This document shows positions 1 through 7,363 of a stretch of 25,064 bases of DNA, piece after piece. This stretch comes from a bacterium. Lineage in GTDB: Bacteria; Zhuqueibacterota; Zhuqueibacteria; Oceanimicrobiales; Oceanimicrobiaceae. Where the stretch lies: contig JBBIIG010000059.1 in assembly GCA_037446635.1 (NCBI GenBank), positions 1-25,064 on the forward strand, written 5' to 3'. Below the pieces are notes generated by a model. It was given only the letters and a program-made list of their open reading frames with translations. It had not been told where the DNA came from and did no database searches. Positions within the stretch are counted from its first letter, which is position 1; each line of letters starts with the position of its first letter. Made by a program: the position numbers and the translations under genes.

Positions 1-575
1 ATGGGGAGAAATCCGGCCGCGACGAGATACTGCACGCCCTTCATCGCTTTGTAGAAACTGCCGGCGCCGCGAATCCGGTCGTTGCTTGCGGCGGTGAAGC
101 CATCGATGCTGACGCGAATTTCCAAAGAAAAAATTGAGCCATCGGCAATTTCCTTCAAGCGCCGAGTCACGCGCTCGTTGATCAAAATTCCATTGGTGAG
201 GACCGTGGCTGGACCGATGGCGAGGGTGTCTTCTAAAATCCCCAGCAAATCGCGGTTCATGAACGGTTCGCCGCCGGTGAAGTAGTATTCTTTCACCCCC
301 AGCGATTTTGATTCTTCCAAAAACCGCCGCACCGACTCGCGGGACATGAATCCGAATGTGTGATTCTCCGGACTGCAACTGATGAAGCAGTGCGTGCACC
401 ACAAATTGCAGATGGTGCCGCCCACTTGAAACCACAGGGCATCCAGACTTTGGAGTGGAACGAAGGGAATGTCAGCAAACGAGGGTTTAATTGAATTTTC
501 GACGGCCTGCAGCCGCGGCGCTGAGTCGAGCACCGGCGATTCCGGCGCGTGGGATTTCAAAAGTTCGAGACTCAT
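1..575 (-). CDS. Radical SAM enzyme, truncated by the left window edge and absent from the ORF track
   Basis: Manual translation from ATG 575: MSLELLKSHAPESP...LDALWFQVGGTICNLWCTHCFISCSPENHTFGFMSRE...EYYFTGGEPFMN...TVLTNGILI...IRVSIDG...NDRIRGAGSF. It has CxxxCxxC (CNLWCTHC), GGEP, TNG and SIDG motifs, and the frame is open to position 1. Confidence 0.93.
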   Translation of the reverse strand, partial: MSLELLKSHAPESPVLDSAPRLQAVENSIKPSFADIPFVPLQSLDALWFQVGGTICNLWCTHCFISCSPENHTFGFMSRESVRRFLEESKSLGVKEYYFTGGEPFMNRDLLGILEDTLAIGPATVLTNGILINERVTRRLKEIADGSIFSLEIRVSIDGFTAASNDRIRGAGSFYKAMKGVQYLVAAGFLP

Positions 576-597
576 TCAGTTGGTCCGTTCATTCAAC

Positions 598-629
598 TCG
601 TAGGGGTAATTCATGAATTACCCCTACGA
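598..629. repeat. GTAG-family REP-like perfect palindrome, copy 1
   Basis: TCGTAGGGGTAATTCATGAATTACCCCTACGA is a perfect 32-bp palindrome with GTAG/CTAC ends. A second copy lies at 9832-9861. Confidence 0.9.
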
Positions 630-1862
630 TTGAGTTTCGTAAAGATTCAATTTGGGAGATCCGCTAATAAGCGAGAACACTTCGACGATTTGGCTGAGTC
701 CCACTCGAATCAAAAACGTCGAATTGCGGCCGTAGCTTTTGTTGCCGATGATGTAAAAATTGGGCTCAGGATTTTTGAGGGTATCCGCGCCCAGACTGCC
801 CTGCTGCAAACAATCGGCGGACGAAGCGCCTAATAATTTTGCCGCCAATTTCATCGGCCCGCGCGAGGCGTAACATTCGTGAATTTGCAATTCACGATAA
901 ATGGAATTGTCCGGCCCGTAGCCCACATTGGCGATGATGCGGTCGACCCGGATGCTTTCAACTTTGCCGTTCTGTTTTAACGCCACCTCAAATTTATCGC
1001 TATTTTCGTGGTACGCGATGGCCTCTACGCTGGTGTGATTGCGAAATTGGATTGGCTTGGTTCCATTCATGGCCGCGGCATTGGCGACCGCGGTGAGTTG
1101 GGCGCGCGCGGGCAGCGGGTCGTTTTCGATCACTGGAATGGGCAGCGCGCGATCTTCACGAATGGCCCAAATCACCGCGGTGCCCGGTTCGGCGTGAATT
1201 AATTTTTGGAGATCGCAAATCGTCGTGGCGGCGGAGTAGCCGGCGCCGATTAGCAAAACTTTCTTTCCGGCGAAGCGGCTGCGGTCACGGCCCGAAATAT
1301 CCCGCAATTTATAATCGATCAAATGACGATATTTTTTTTCACCGACCGCCGGAATGCCGCCGTCGCCCAGCCAATTGGGGGTGGCGTACACTCCGGAAGC
1401 GTCCAAAACCGCGTCCGCCCAAAACAGCTTTTCGTTGCCGTTGGCATCCGTGGTTAAAATACGAAACGGGAAACTGCTGCGCTTCGGATCCCCGACCAGG
1501 CTGTTTTTCAGAATCTGCTCGCGCCCGATGCTCTCGACTTTTGTTTTCAGGTAAATTTTTTTTGCTAATTGCGGCAAAGCGCTCAAGGGCTGCAAGTAAG
1601 TTTTGACGTACTCGCTGCCGGTCAAGTAGGCATCGTCCGCTGGCGGCCGCCAGTTTTTGTTCGCTTGTTGCAAAAGCTGAACGGCCAGCGGCGAATGGTT
1701 CATTTGCCACGGCGAGAAAAAGGCGACGTGCCCCCACTCTAAAATGTTGGCGCCGATTTCTCCTCTCTCGAAAACGCTGACCTCGTAACCCAGTTGCGAG
1801 GCATAGAGAGCCGCTTCCAGACCAATGGGTCCCGCGCCAATTACGGCAATTTTTTTGATCAT
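624..1862 (-). CDS. FAD/NAD(P)-dependent oxidoreductase (flavin monooxygenase-like)
   Basis: FAD motif IAVIGAGPIG, second dinucleotide motif LLIGAGYSA, plus WGHVAFFSPW, DASG and GNKSYGR motifs. RBS GGAGAAAGG precedes ATG 1862. Confidence 0.88.
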   Translation of the reverse strand: MIKKIAVIGAGPIGLEAALYASQLGYEVSVFERGEIGANILEWGHVAFFSPWQMNHSPLAVQLLQQANKNWRPPADDAYLTGSEYVKTYLQPLSALPQLAKKIYLKTKVESIGREQILKNSLVGDPKRSSFPFRILTTDANGNEKLFWADAVLDASGVYATPNWLGDGGIPAVGEKKYRHLIDYKLRDISGRDRSRFAGKKVLLIGAGYSAATTICDLQKLIHAEPGTAVIWAIREDRALPIPVIENDPLPARAQLTAVANAAAMNGTKPIQFRNHTSVEAIAYHENSDKFEVALKQNGKVESIRVDRIIANVGYGPDNSIYRELQIHECYASRGPMKLAAKLLGASSADCLQQGSLGADTLKNPEPNFYIIGNKSYGRNSTFLIRVGLSQIVEVFSLISGSPKLNLYETQS

Positions 1863-1905
1863 CCTTTCTCCGCTATTTTAAAATTTGATGATTCTGACGG
1901 CGCGA

Positions 1906-1929
1906 ACACATGCGAATATCTGCATACGT
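1906..1929. promoter_or_regulatory. Imperfect 24-bp dyad, candidate ArsR/SmtB-type operator
   Basis: ACACATGCGAAT|ATCTGCATACGT has half-sites matching 8/12 with an ATGC...GCAT core. It lies about 45 bp upstream of the oxidoreductase start. Confidence 0.35.
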
Positions 1930-2038
1930 AGAATGGCAACACCGGCAAAAATTTGTTTATTCCACAAAATTTGGTTGCGAAATGAAAGAAAATAATTCAC
2001 CGCAGTTCTAGCCGAGAACACATTTAGGCAACCAAATC

Positions 2039-2084
2039 AACCGCCAAGTTCGCTAAGAAAACGCAAAAGAGCGCAAGGAAAAAG
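2039..2084 (+). repeat. Solo arm of an AACCGC/CGCAAAG-heptamer repeat family
   Basis: AACCGCCAAGTTCGCTAAGAAAACGCAAAAGAGCGCAAGGAAAAAG aligns without gaps at 37/46 identities (hand count) to the reverse complement of 23028-23073. Confidence 0.75.
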
Positions 2085-2188
2085 TTTGATAAGAATAAGC
2101 AATGTCTAAGCGCAGAGGTTCAACAGGAAGGTTAGAGAATTAAAGCTGGCTAGAAAAAAGATTCAGAATAAGCGGCGGCGGTCATTCA

Positions 2189-2404
2189 TTAAAGTTTATC
2201 GATGATTTCCTGGTGCTCGGGAAAGCGGCCGACTTTCTTTTTGGAGAAAATCAATTGCCCATCCTTTTTGACGTCAAAAACGCCGCCCGAGCCTTCAATC
2301 AAAGTGACGTTGACGCCCGGGATTTTGCGTTCGAGTTCGGCCTTCAAACTGGAGGCTTTGGGGTAGTAGTTTCACATCACACAATATTCAATCGAAACGT
2401 GCAT
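2189..2404 (-). CDS. SelW/SelT/SelH (Rdx) family selenoprotein, 71 aa, with Sec encoded by UGA at 2372-2374
   Basis: Reading through UGA gives MHVSIEYCVM(U)NYYPKASSLKAELERKIPGVNVTLIEGSGGVFDVKKDGQLIFSKKKVGRFPEHQEIIDKL*. It shows the IEYCxxU motif, GSGGVFDV and FSK...GRFP hallmarks, a GGAG RBS (2411-2414) and its own promoter. Confidence 0.92.
2340..2356 (-). promoter_or_regulatory. Candidate bacterial SECIS hairpin
   Basis: mRNA GCCUCCA-GUU-UGAAGGC starts 16 nt after the UGA. It has a 7-bp stem with one C-A mismatch, and the apical loop begins with G 23 nt downstream of UGA, consistent with the bacterial SECIS model. Confidence 0.7.
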
Positions 2405-2428
2405 CGTTTTCTCCATTGATTCAATCAC

Positions 2429-2457
2429 ATGATAATTAACCATCGAAATTTTGTCAA
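2429..2457 (-). promoter_or_regulatory. Sigma70-type promoter of the selenoprotein gene
   Basis: Minus strand TTGACA-N17-TATCAT, with the -10 box ending 25 bp upstream of ATG 2404. Confidence 0.7.
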
Positions 2458-2518
2458 ACAAAAATTTGAGATTTATTTCTGAATTTGATATTTTACGCGA
2501 AAAATTCGAGGTGAAATC

Positions 2519-3001
2519 ATGCCCTCTTTCGACGTGGTTTCCGAAGTGAACATGCACGAAGTCACCAACGCCGTGGATCAAGCCAATCGCGAAGTGGCCA
2601 CCCGCTTCGATTTTAAAAATACCCATTCCAAATTCGAGCGCAACGAGTCGGACATTATCTTGCACGGCCCCAGCGAATTTCATCTCAAACAAATGCGCGA
2701 CATTCTTTTTGGCAAGCTCACCAAGCGCGGGGTCAATCTCACCAGCCTACTCGAACACGCGCCGGATTTGTCGGGCAAAGTCGCTCGGCAAACCATCACG
2801 GTGCGCCAGGGGCTGGAAGGCGCGCTGGCCAAAGAGGTAGTGAAAGTCGTCAAAGACGCCAAGCTCAAAGTGCAGGCGGCGATTCAGGGCGACAAAGTGC
2901 GCGTCTCCGGCAACAAAAAAGACGATCTGCAAAAAGTGATCGCCCTGCTCAAAAACACCGAGTTCGAATTGCCGCTGCAGTTTGTGAACTACCGCGACTA
3001 A
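2519..3001 (+). CDS. yajQ: YajQ family nucleotide (c-di-GMP)-binding protein
   Basis: MPSFDVVSEV...NAVDQA.RE...RFDFK, KLKVQAAIQGDKVRVSG.KKDDLQ and LPLQFVNYRD. GAGGTG RBS. Confidence 0.97.
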   Translation: MPSFDVVSEVNMHEVTNAVDQANREVATRFDFKNTHSKFERNESDIILHGPSEFHLKQMRDILFGKLTKRGVNLTSLLEHAPDLSGKVARQTITVRQGLEGALAKEVVKVVKDAKLKVQAAIQGDKVRVSGNKKDDLQKVIALLKNTEFELPLQFVNYRD

Positions 3002-3052
3002 GCCTGCCATTTCAAAATGTCTGTTGAGTAATTTATCAACACAAGAAAGGAT

Positions 3053-3082
3053 TTGACATTTTTACCCGCAGTATATTATATT
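3053..3082 (+). promoter_or_regulatory. Probable sigma70 promoter for the lipoprotein/TonB-receptor operon
   Basis: TTGACA (3053-3058)-N18-TATATT (3077-3082). Confidence 0.5.
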
Positions 3083-3141
3083 GGCGCTGCTCATAGGGTT
3101 ACGGATTCAAAATTTCGAAGATGACTACCGGAGGCGAGGTT

Positions 3142-4002
3142 ATGTTTGGAAAAGCGAAGCGGCGCCGGCTCGGCGCTTTTTTTGTTTTGGCGGCGATGGC
3201 GATCGCGGCGATATTTTACGCCTGCGATAACTTCGGCATCGATGCCAACTTTTTCAAAGGAACGATCAAAGGGGAGATCATTGTCGAAGAAAGGGTGCCG
3301 CCCAACACCGATGAAATTCGCGTGGCGGTCACCAAAAAATACCCGCCGTCTGATATTATCAGTTTAATCTTCAGCGGGCCGCTGCCTTTCGACAGCGACA
3401 GCCTGGTAACTTCCCAGCGAATTCCCTATGACTTGCAAGTGCCGCTGGATGAGTACGAAGCCGTGTTCGCCATTTGGAAAGAGAAAGATCAATCTTTCAA
3501 CCCCGCCGATATCATCGGCCTCTACGGCGACCTGCTCATGGCGCAACCAATCCCAGTTGCGGTGACGGATTCCACGCCCACGGTTGATCACATCGATATC
3601 ACCATCGACTTTACGAAAGTAAAACGTACCGCCAAAATCGAAGGGCGAATTAATTACGTGGGTGCCTGGCCCTCCAACACCGCGGCCGTGGCCATCTTTG
3701 CGTTTTTTGAAGTGCCGCAGGTCTTACCGGATGATTTCATTCGCTTCCTGGGCGCGTTCGAAATTTTGCCGACAGATCCGACCTTGACGCAGTACGATTA
3801 CCGCCTGCGCGTCCCGCCGGGAACATACAAATACATCGCGGTGTTCTGGCTGGCGCAGGGGGCGCAACTGCTCGATTTCAAAACGTTGGGATTTTATCGC
3901 AACCCGCAAACGCCCGATCAGCCGGGGCAGGTCACGGTTGAGGATAACGGAACAGCAGCCGGCATCAATATTTCCGCGGATTTTGCTAACGCCAACAATT
4001 AG
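3142..4002 (+). CDS. Lipoprotein of unknown function with two tandem beta-rich domains
   Basis: Start placed at ATG 3142 after GAGGT. Basic N-region, hydrophobic stretch and lipobox FYA-C. The two halves share I.G.I...P.NT...Y.L.VP...Y....W...G.Y...P..V.V...I.I..DF. Confidence 0.75.
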   Translation: MFGKAKRRRLGAFFVLAAMAIAAIFYACDNFGIDANFFKGTIKGEIIVEERVPPNTDEIRVAVTKKYPPSDIISLIFSGPLPFDSDSLVTSQRIPYDLQVPLDEYEAVFAIWKEKDQSFNPADIIGLYGDLLMAQPIPVAVTDSTPTVDHIDITIDFTKVKRTAKIEGRINYVGAWPSNTAAVAIFAFFEVPQVLPDDFIRFLGAFEILPTDPTLTQYDYRLRVPPGTYKYIAVFWLAQGAQLLDFKTLGFYRNPQTPDQPGQVTVEDNGTAAGINISADFANANN

Positions 4003-4013
4003 AAGTCTAATTT

Positions 4014-4046
4014 ACCTTTACTAAACCTTTAAGGTTTAGTAAAGGT
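4014..4046. repeat. 33-bp palindrome with 16-bp arms and a 1-nt centre (REP-like element or operator)
   Basis: ACCTTTACTAAACCTT-T-AAGGTTTAGTAAAGGT. The arms are exact reverse complements, and it lies between the lipoprotein and the receptor gene. Confidence 0.8.
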
Positions 4047-4072
4047 GTTTGCAATCCTACGGAGGGAAAAAT

Positions 4073-6268
4073 ATGATTCGATGGGGATGTTTTTGTGTTG
4101 TGCTTTTTTCAGCGACGGCAGCCTTCAGCCAGCAGGGCCGCATTTTAGGCCGGGTGTTGGACGCCAAAACCAACGAAGGTTTGCCGGGCGCCAACGTGCA
4201 AATCGAGAACACGGTGTTGGGCGCCAGCACCGATTTAAACGGCGTGTTTAAGATCGAGCGCCTGAAATTAGGCAGATACTCTCTGCGCGTCTCCATGATC
4301 GGCTACCGCACGAAGAATGTTCCCAACATCAAAGTAACCGAGAAAGACACGGTGGTGATCGTCCGCCTCGAAGAGACGCCCATTGAGATCGACCCCGTGG
4401 TGGTCACCGCCAGCAAGTGGGAGCAGGAAGCCGCCAACACTTCCGCCACCGTCGAAGTGCTGACCGCGAAAGAAATTCTGCACCGCAATCCAGTGAAAAT
4501 CGAAGACGCGCTGGAGACCGCCGCCGGCGTGCAAATCATTCAGGAGAGCGTGAACATTCGCGGCTCCGACGGCTACACCCGCGGCGTCGGCAGCCGCGTG
4601 CTGGTGTTGATTGACGGTGTGCCGGTGATGAACAGCGATTTTGGCGCGGTCAACTGGTTCATGATTTCGCCGGCGGATATTGAACGCGCCGAGATCGTGC
4701 GCGGCGCGGGCTCGGCTTTGTACGGATCGTCCGCGATGGGCGGGGTGATCAATTTCATCACGCAAACACCCACCCCCGAAGGCCGCACGTTTGTCCGAGC
4801 TTTGTTCGGCGCGTTCGATGATTCCCACGAGCCGGAGTGGAACTGGGCGGCGCGCGAGAACATTACGCTGGATTTCAATCGCCAGGATTTTACCCACAGC
4901 CGCCAGTTTGGCAACCTCGGTATTCGCATTGCTGCCGGCCGCAGCGTCTCCGACGGCTACGTCCGCAACGGCGACTATGAACGCTACAACCTTTCGGGCA
5001 AATTTATTTACAAATTTTCCAACGCTTCCAGTTTTACATTTTTCAGCAATTACATGCACGATAAATCCGGAGTCTTCATCGTCTGGAAAGATCAGGACGA
5101 AGCGCTGGACGTACCCGCCACGGAACTCGACAAGCGCCAGAGACAAAACGGCGTGACGCTGTTCGGAAAATACAACCTGGCTTTATCCTCCAAAGCCGCG
5201 TTGGAGCTGCGCGCCTACTACAACCGCTTTCTGTTGGGAACGCAATTCACCACCGAAGGCTCCTTTTCTCCAGCGTTGGGATTAGGCGGCGCGCTGCAAG
5301 GTAACCTTATTCCATTTAACAGCGTTTCGATCATTTACGGCTCGGATTTTAAATTCGACAAAGTGAAAGCCGACACCGCGCTTTACGGCCAACGCGACGC
5401 CATTCTCGCTGCGCCGTACGCCCAGCTCGAATGGCGCGCTTTGCACAATTTGAATTTCACCGTCGGCGGCCGTTACGACCGCTACGAAATTTACAGCGAC
5501 CCCAACGCCGCGCTGGGCGACGCCCGCACTTACGATCACTTCAGCCCGAAATTTGGGGTCAATTATCATGCCTTTGAGAGTACCACCCTGCGCGGCAGCG
5601 TGGCCAACGGCTTCAAGTTTCCGTTCGTGGCGCAACTGTTTTTGGAATTCGACGCCGCCGGTTTCAAATTCCTCTCCAACCCCAATTTGAAATCCGAAGA
5701 ATCTTGGACCTATGAAGTCGGCTTCAAGCAGCGCATCGGCTCGTCGTTCTTTTTTGAGGTCAACGGTTTTTACACCGACGTGGACAACCTCATCGAGCCG
5801 GAGCCGCAGCTCTCCGGCGACGTGCGCTTCATCAATATTGAGAAGGCTAAAATCCCCGGCGTGGAATTCGTCACCAACGGCCGCTGGTGGGACAACCGTC
5901 TCGGGCTGAAGGCCAATTTCATTTACATGAATCCGCGCGACGAAGTGAAACACCAGTTGCTGCGCTATCGCCAGAAGTTCATCGCGTTCATCGCGCCTTC
6001 CCTGCGCCTGGGCAACGTGGAATTTCAAGTCGATTACAAGTACGCAAGCGCACAGGAGCACTACAGACTGCCGGGCATCCATCAGCTCGTGCCGCAAAAA
6101 GTTTTAGACGGCCGCATCTTTTTCTATTGGCAGCCTGGCTGGTCCAAGCGCACGCAATTTACCTTTTTTATCGGCGCCAACAACATGCTGAATTACGCCT
6201 ACACGCTGCGCGATCGCAGCATCGAGGAGATTCGCAATTTTGTGACCGGGTTGACGGTGGAGTTTTAA
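4073..6268 (+). CDS. TonB-dependent outer-membrane receptor with an N-terminal carboxypeptidase-regulatory-like domain
   Basis: Start moved to ATG 4073 (GGAGG at 4061-4065). Signal peptide, G.VLDAKTNEGLPGANV, TonB-box-like VVVTAS, plug motifs (IRG, VLIDGVP, IERAEIVRGAGSALYGSSAMGGVIN), NPNLKSE and C-terminal Phe. Confidence 0.95.
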   Translation: MIRWGCFCVVLFSATAAFSQQGRILGRVLDAKTNEGLPGANVQIENTVLGASTDLNGVFKIERLKLGRYSLRVSMIGYRTKNVPNIKVTEKDTVVIVRLEETPIEIDPVVVTASKWEQEAANTSATVEVLTAKEILHRNPVKIEDALETAAGVQIIQESVNIRGSDGYTRGVGSRVLVLIDGVPVMNSDFGAVNWFMISPADIERAEIVRGAGSALYGSSAMGGVINFITQTPTPEGRTFVRALFGAFDDSHEPEWNWAARENITLDFNRQDFTHSRQFGNLGIRIAAGRSVSDGYVRNGDYERYNLSGKFIYKFSNASSFTFFSNYMHDKSGVFIVWKDQDEALDVPATELDKRQRQNGVTLFGKYNLALSSKAALELRAYYNRFLLGTQFTTEGSFSPALGLGGALQGNLIPFNSVSIIYGSDFKFDKVKADTALYGQRDAILAAPYAQLEWRALHNLNFTVGGRYDRYEIYSDPNAALGDARTYDHFSPKFGVNYHAFESTTLRGSVANGFKFPFVAQLFLEFDAAGFKFLSNPNLKSEESWTYEVGFKQRIGSSFFFEVNGFYTDVDNLIEPEPQLSGDVRFINIEKAKIPGVEFVTNGRWWDNRLGLKANFIYMNPRDEVKHQLLRYRQKFIAFIAPSLRLGNVEFQVDYKYASAQEHYRLPGIHQLVPQKVLDGRIFFYWQPGWSKRTQFTFFIGANNMLNYAYTLRDRSIEEIRNFVTGLTVEF

Positions 6269-6364
6269 AATTTGCTCGGAAATAGTGAGAGTAAATGGTT
6301 TTTTCAAATGTCCTAATTGTTAGGAATACCCCCAAAGCCCAATCACAATTAGGAGGAAGAAACC

Positions 6365-7363
6365 ATGGAACATCCAACCCAATCCGTGCCGAGTTCTTCG
6401 CCGTCATCCACCATCAAAACCTATTCGGGAAAATTTCATGGCGATGGCTTCGAGCTTTTTTTAACTCTGCTGGGAAACGCCATTTTAACGATCCTCACCC
6501 TCGGCATTTACGCCGCCTGGGGGCGAGTGAAGGTGTTTCGCTTTTTTTATTCCAACACCGAATTTGCCGGCCACCGCTTTCGCTTTACTGGCGAGGGGAT
6601 GGAGATCTTTATCGGCTATCTCAAAGCGATTGGAATTTTGATCGCATTGTATCTGGTGTTTATATTTTCTATAATGATGGCGGTTCAAATTAATCCCGTA
6701 CTGGTTTATGCGGCGCTGCTGGGATTTTACCTGGCGATCATCTACATTTTCCATTATGCGATTTACAGCTCGCTGCGCTATCGTTTTTCGCGCACCCGCT
6801 ACCGTGAAATTCGCTTCCAGCTTACCGAGGAGCCGGCAAAATTTGCCAATCAGGCGTTTGGCAATTTTCTGCTCTCGCTGATCACCTTAGGGATTTTCAC
6901 TCCTTTTTATATTCACCGCAAAGTGGCGTTTATCTACAATTCCCTTTTTTATGGCAACCTGCAATTTGAATACAAGGGGAATGAAAAAGAATTTTTCAAA
7001 ATCGCTTTCTTCGGTTTCCTGCTCACGGTCGTCACGTTGGGAATTTATTATTTCTGGTGGTACCCGAAAATCTATAATTATTATATTCGCCATCTCGAAG
7101 TAGGGGGCGCCAAATTCCGCGCCGAGATCCAGCCGGGAGAGTTTTTTAAGCTGGTATTCACCAACTTGTTGATCGTGGTTTTCACGTTGGGGTTGGGATA
7201 CGCCTGGGTGCTGGTGCGCACCACGCGCTTCTTCGTCGAGCATATCCAACTCGAGGCCGAGATCGATCTCGACCACGTGGTGCAGGCGATTCAAGACAAA
7301 ACCACCGCGACCGGCGTCGGCATGGCCGAAGCGCTGGACATGGACGTCGGCCTTGGATTCTAA
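6365..7363 (+). CDS. YjgN family (DUF898) inner-membrane protein
   Basis: Repeated L(T/S)(I/L)LTLGIY..W motifs, F.FTG.G.E, multiple TM segments and a C-terminal GVGMAEALDMDVG. AGGAGG RBS. Confidence 0.9.
   Translation: MEHPTQSVPSSSPSSTIKTYSGKFHGDGFELFLTLLGNAILTILTLGIYAAWGRVKVFRFFYSNTEFAGHRFRFTGEGMEIFIGYLKAIGILIALYLVFIFSIMMAVQINPVLVYAALLGFYLAIIYIFHYAIYSSLRYRFSRTRYREIRFQLTEEPAKFANQAFGNFLLSLITLGIFTPFYIHRKVAFIYNSLFYGNLQFEYKGNEKEFFKIAFFGFLLTVVTLGIYYFWWYPKIYNYYIRHLEVGGAKFRAEIQPGEFFKLVFTNLLIVVFTLGLGYAWVLVRTTRFFVEHIQLEAEIDLDHVVQAIQDKTTATGVGMAEALDMDVGLGF

Noticed and set aside
549..833. Plus-strand 94-aa ORF containing VGVIHELPLR
   Set aside because: It is antisense to the oxidoreductase, and the peptide is simply the translated REP palindrome.
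2213..2419. Plus-strand 68-aa ORF, and the minus-strand ORF 2372-2692
   Set aside because: These are shadows of the selenoprotein gene and of yajQ. Only the last ten codons of 2372-2692 belong to the real selenoprotein frame.
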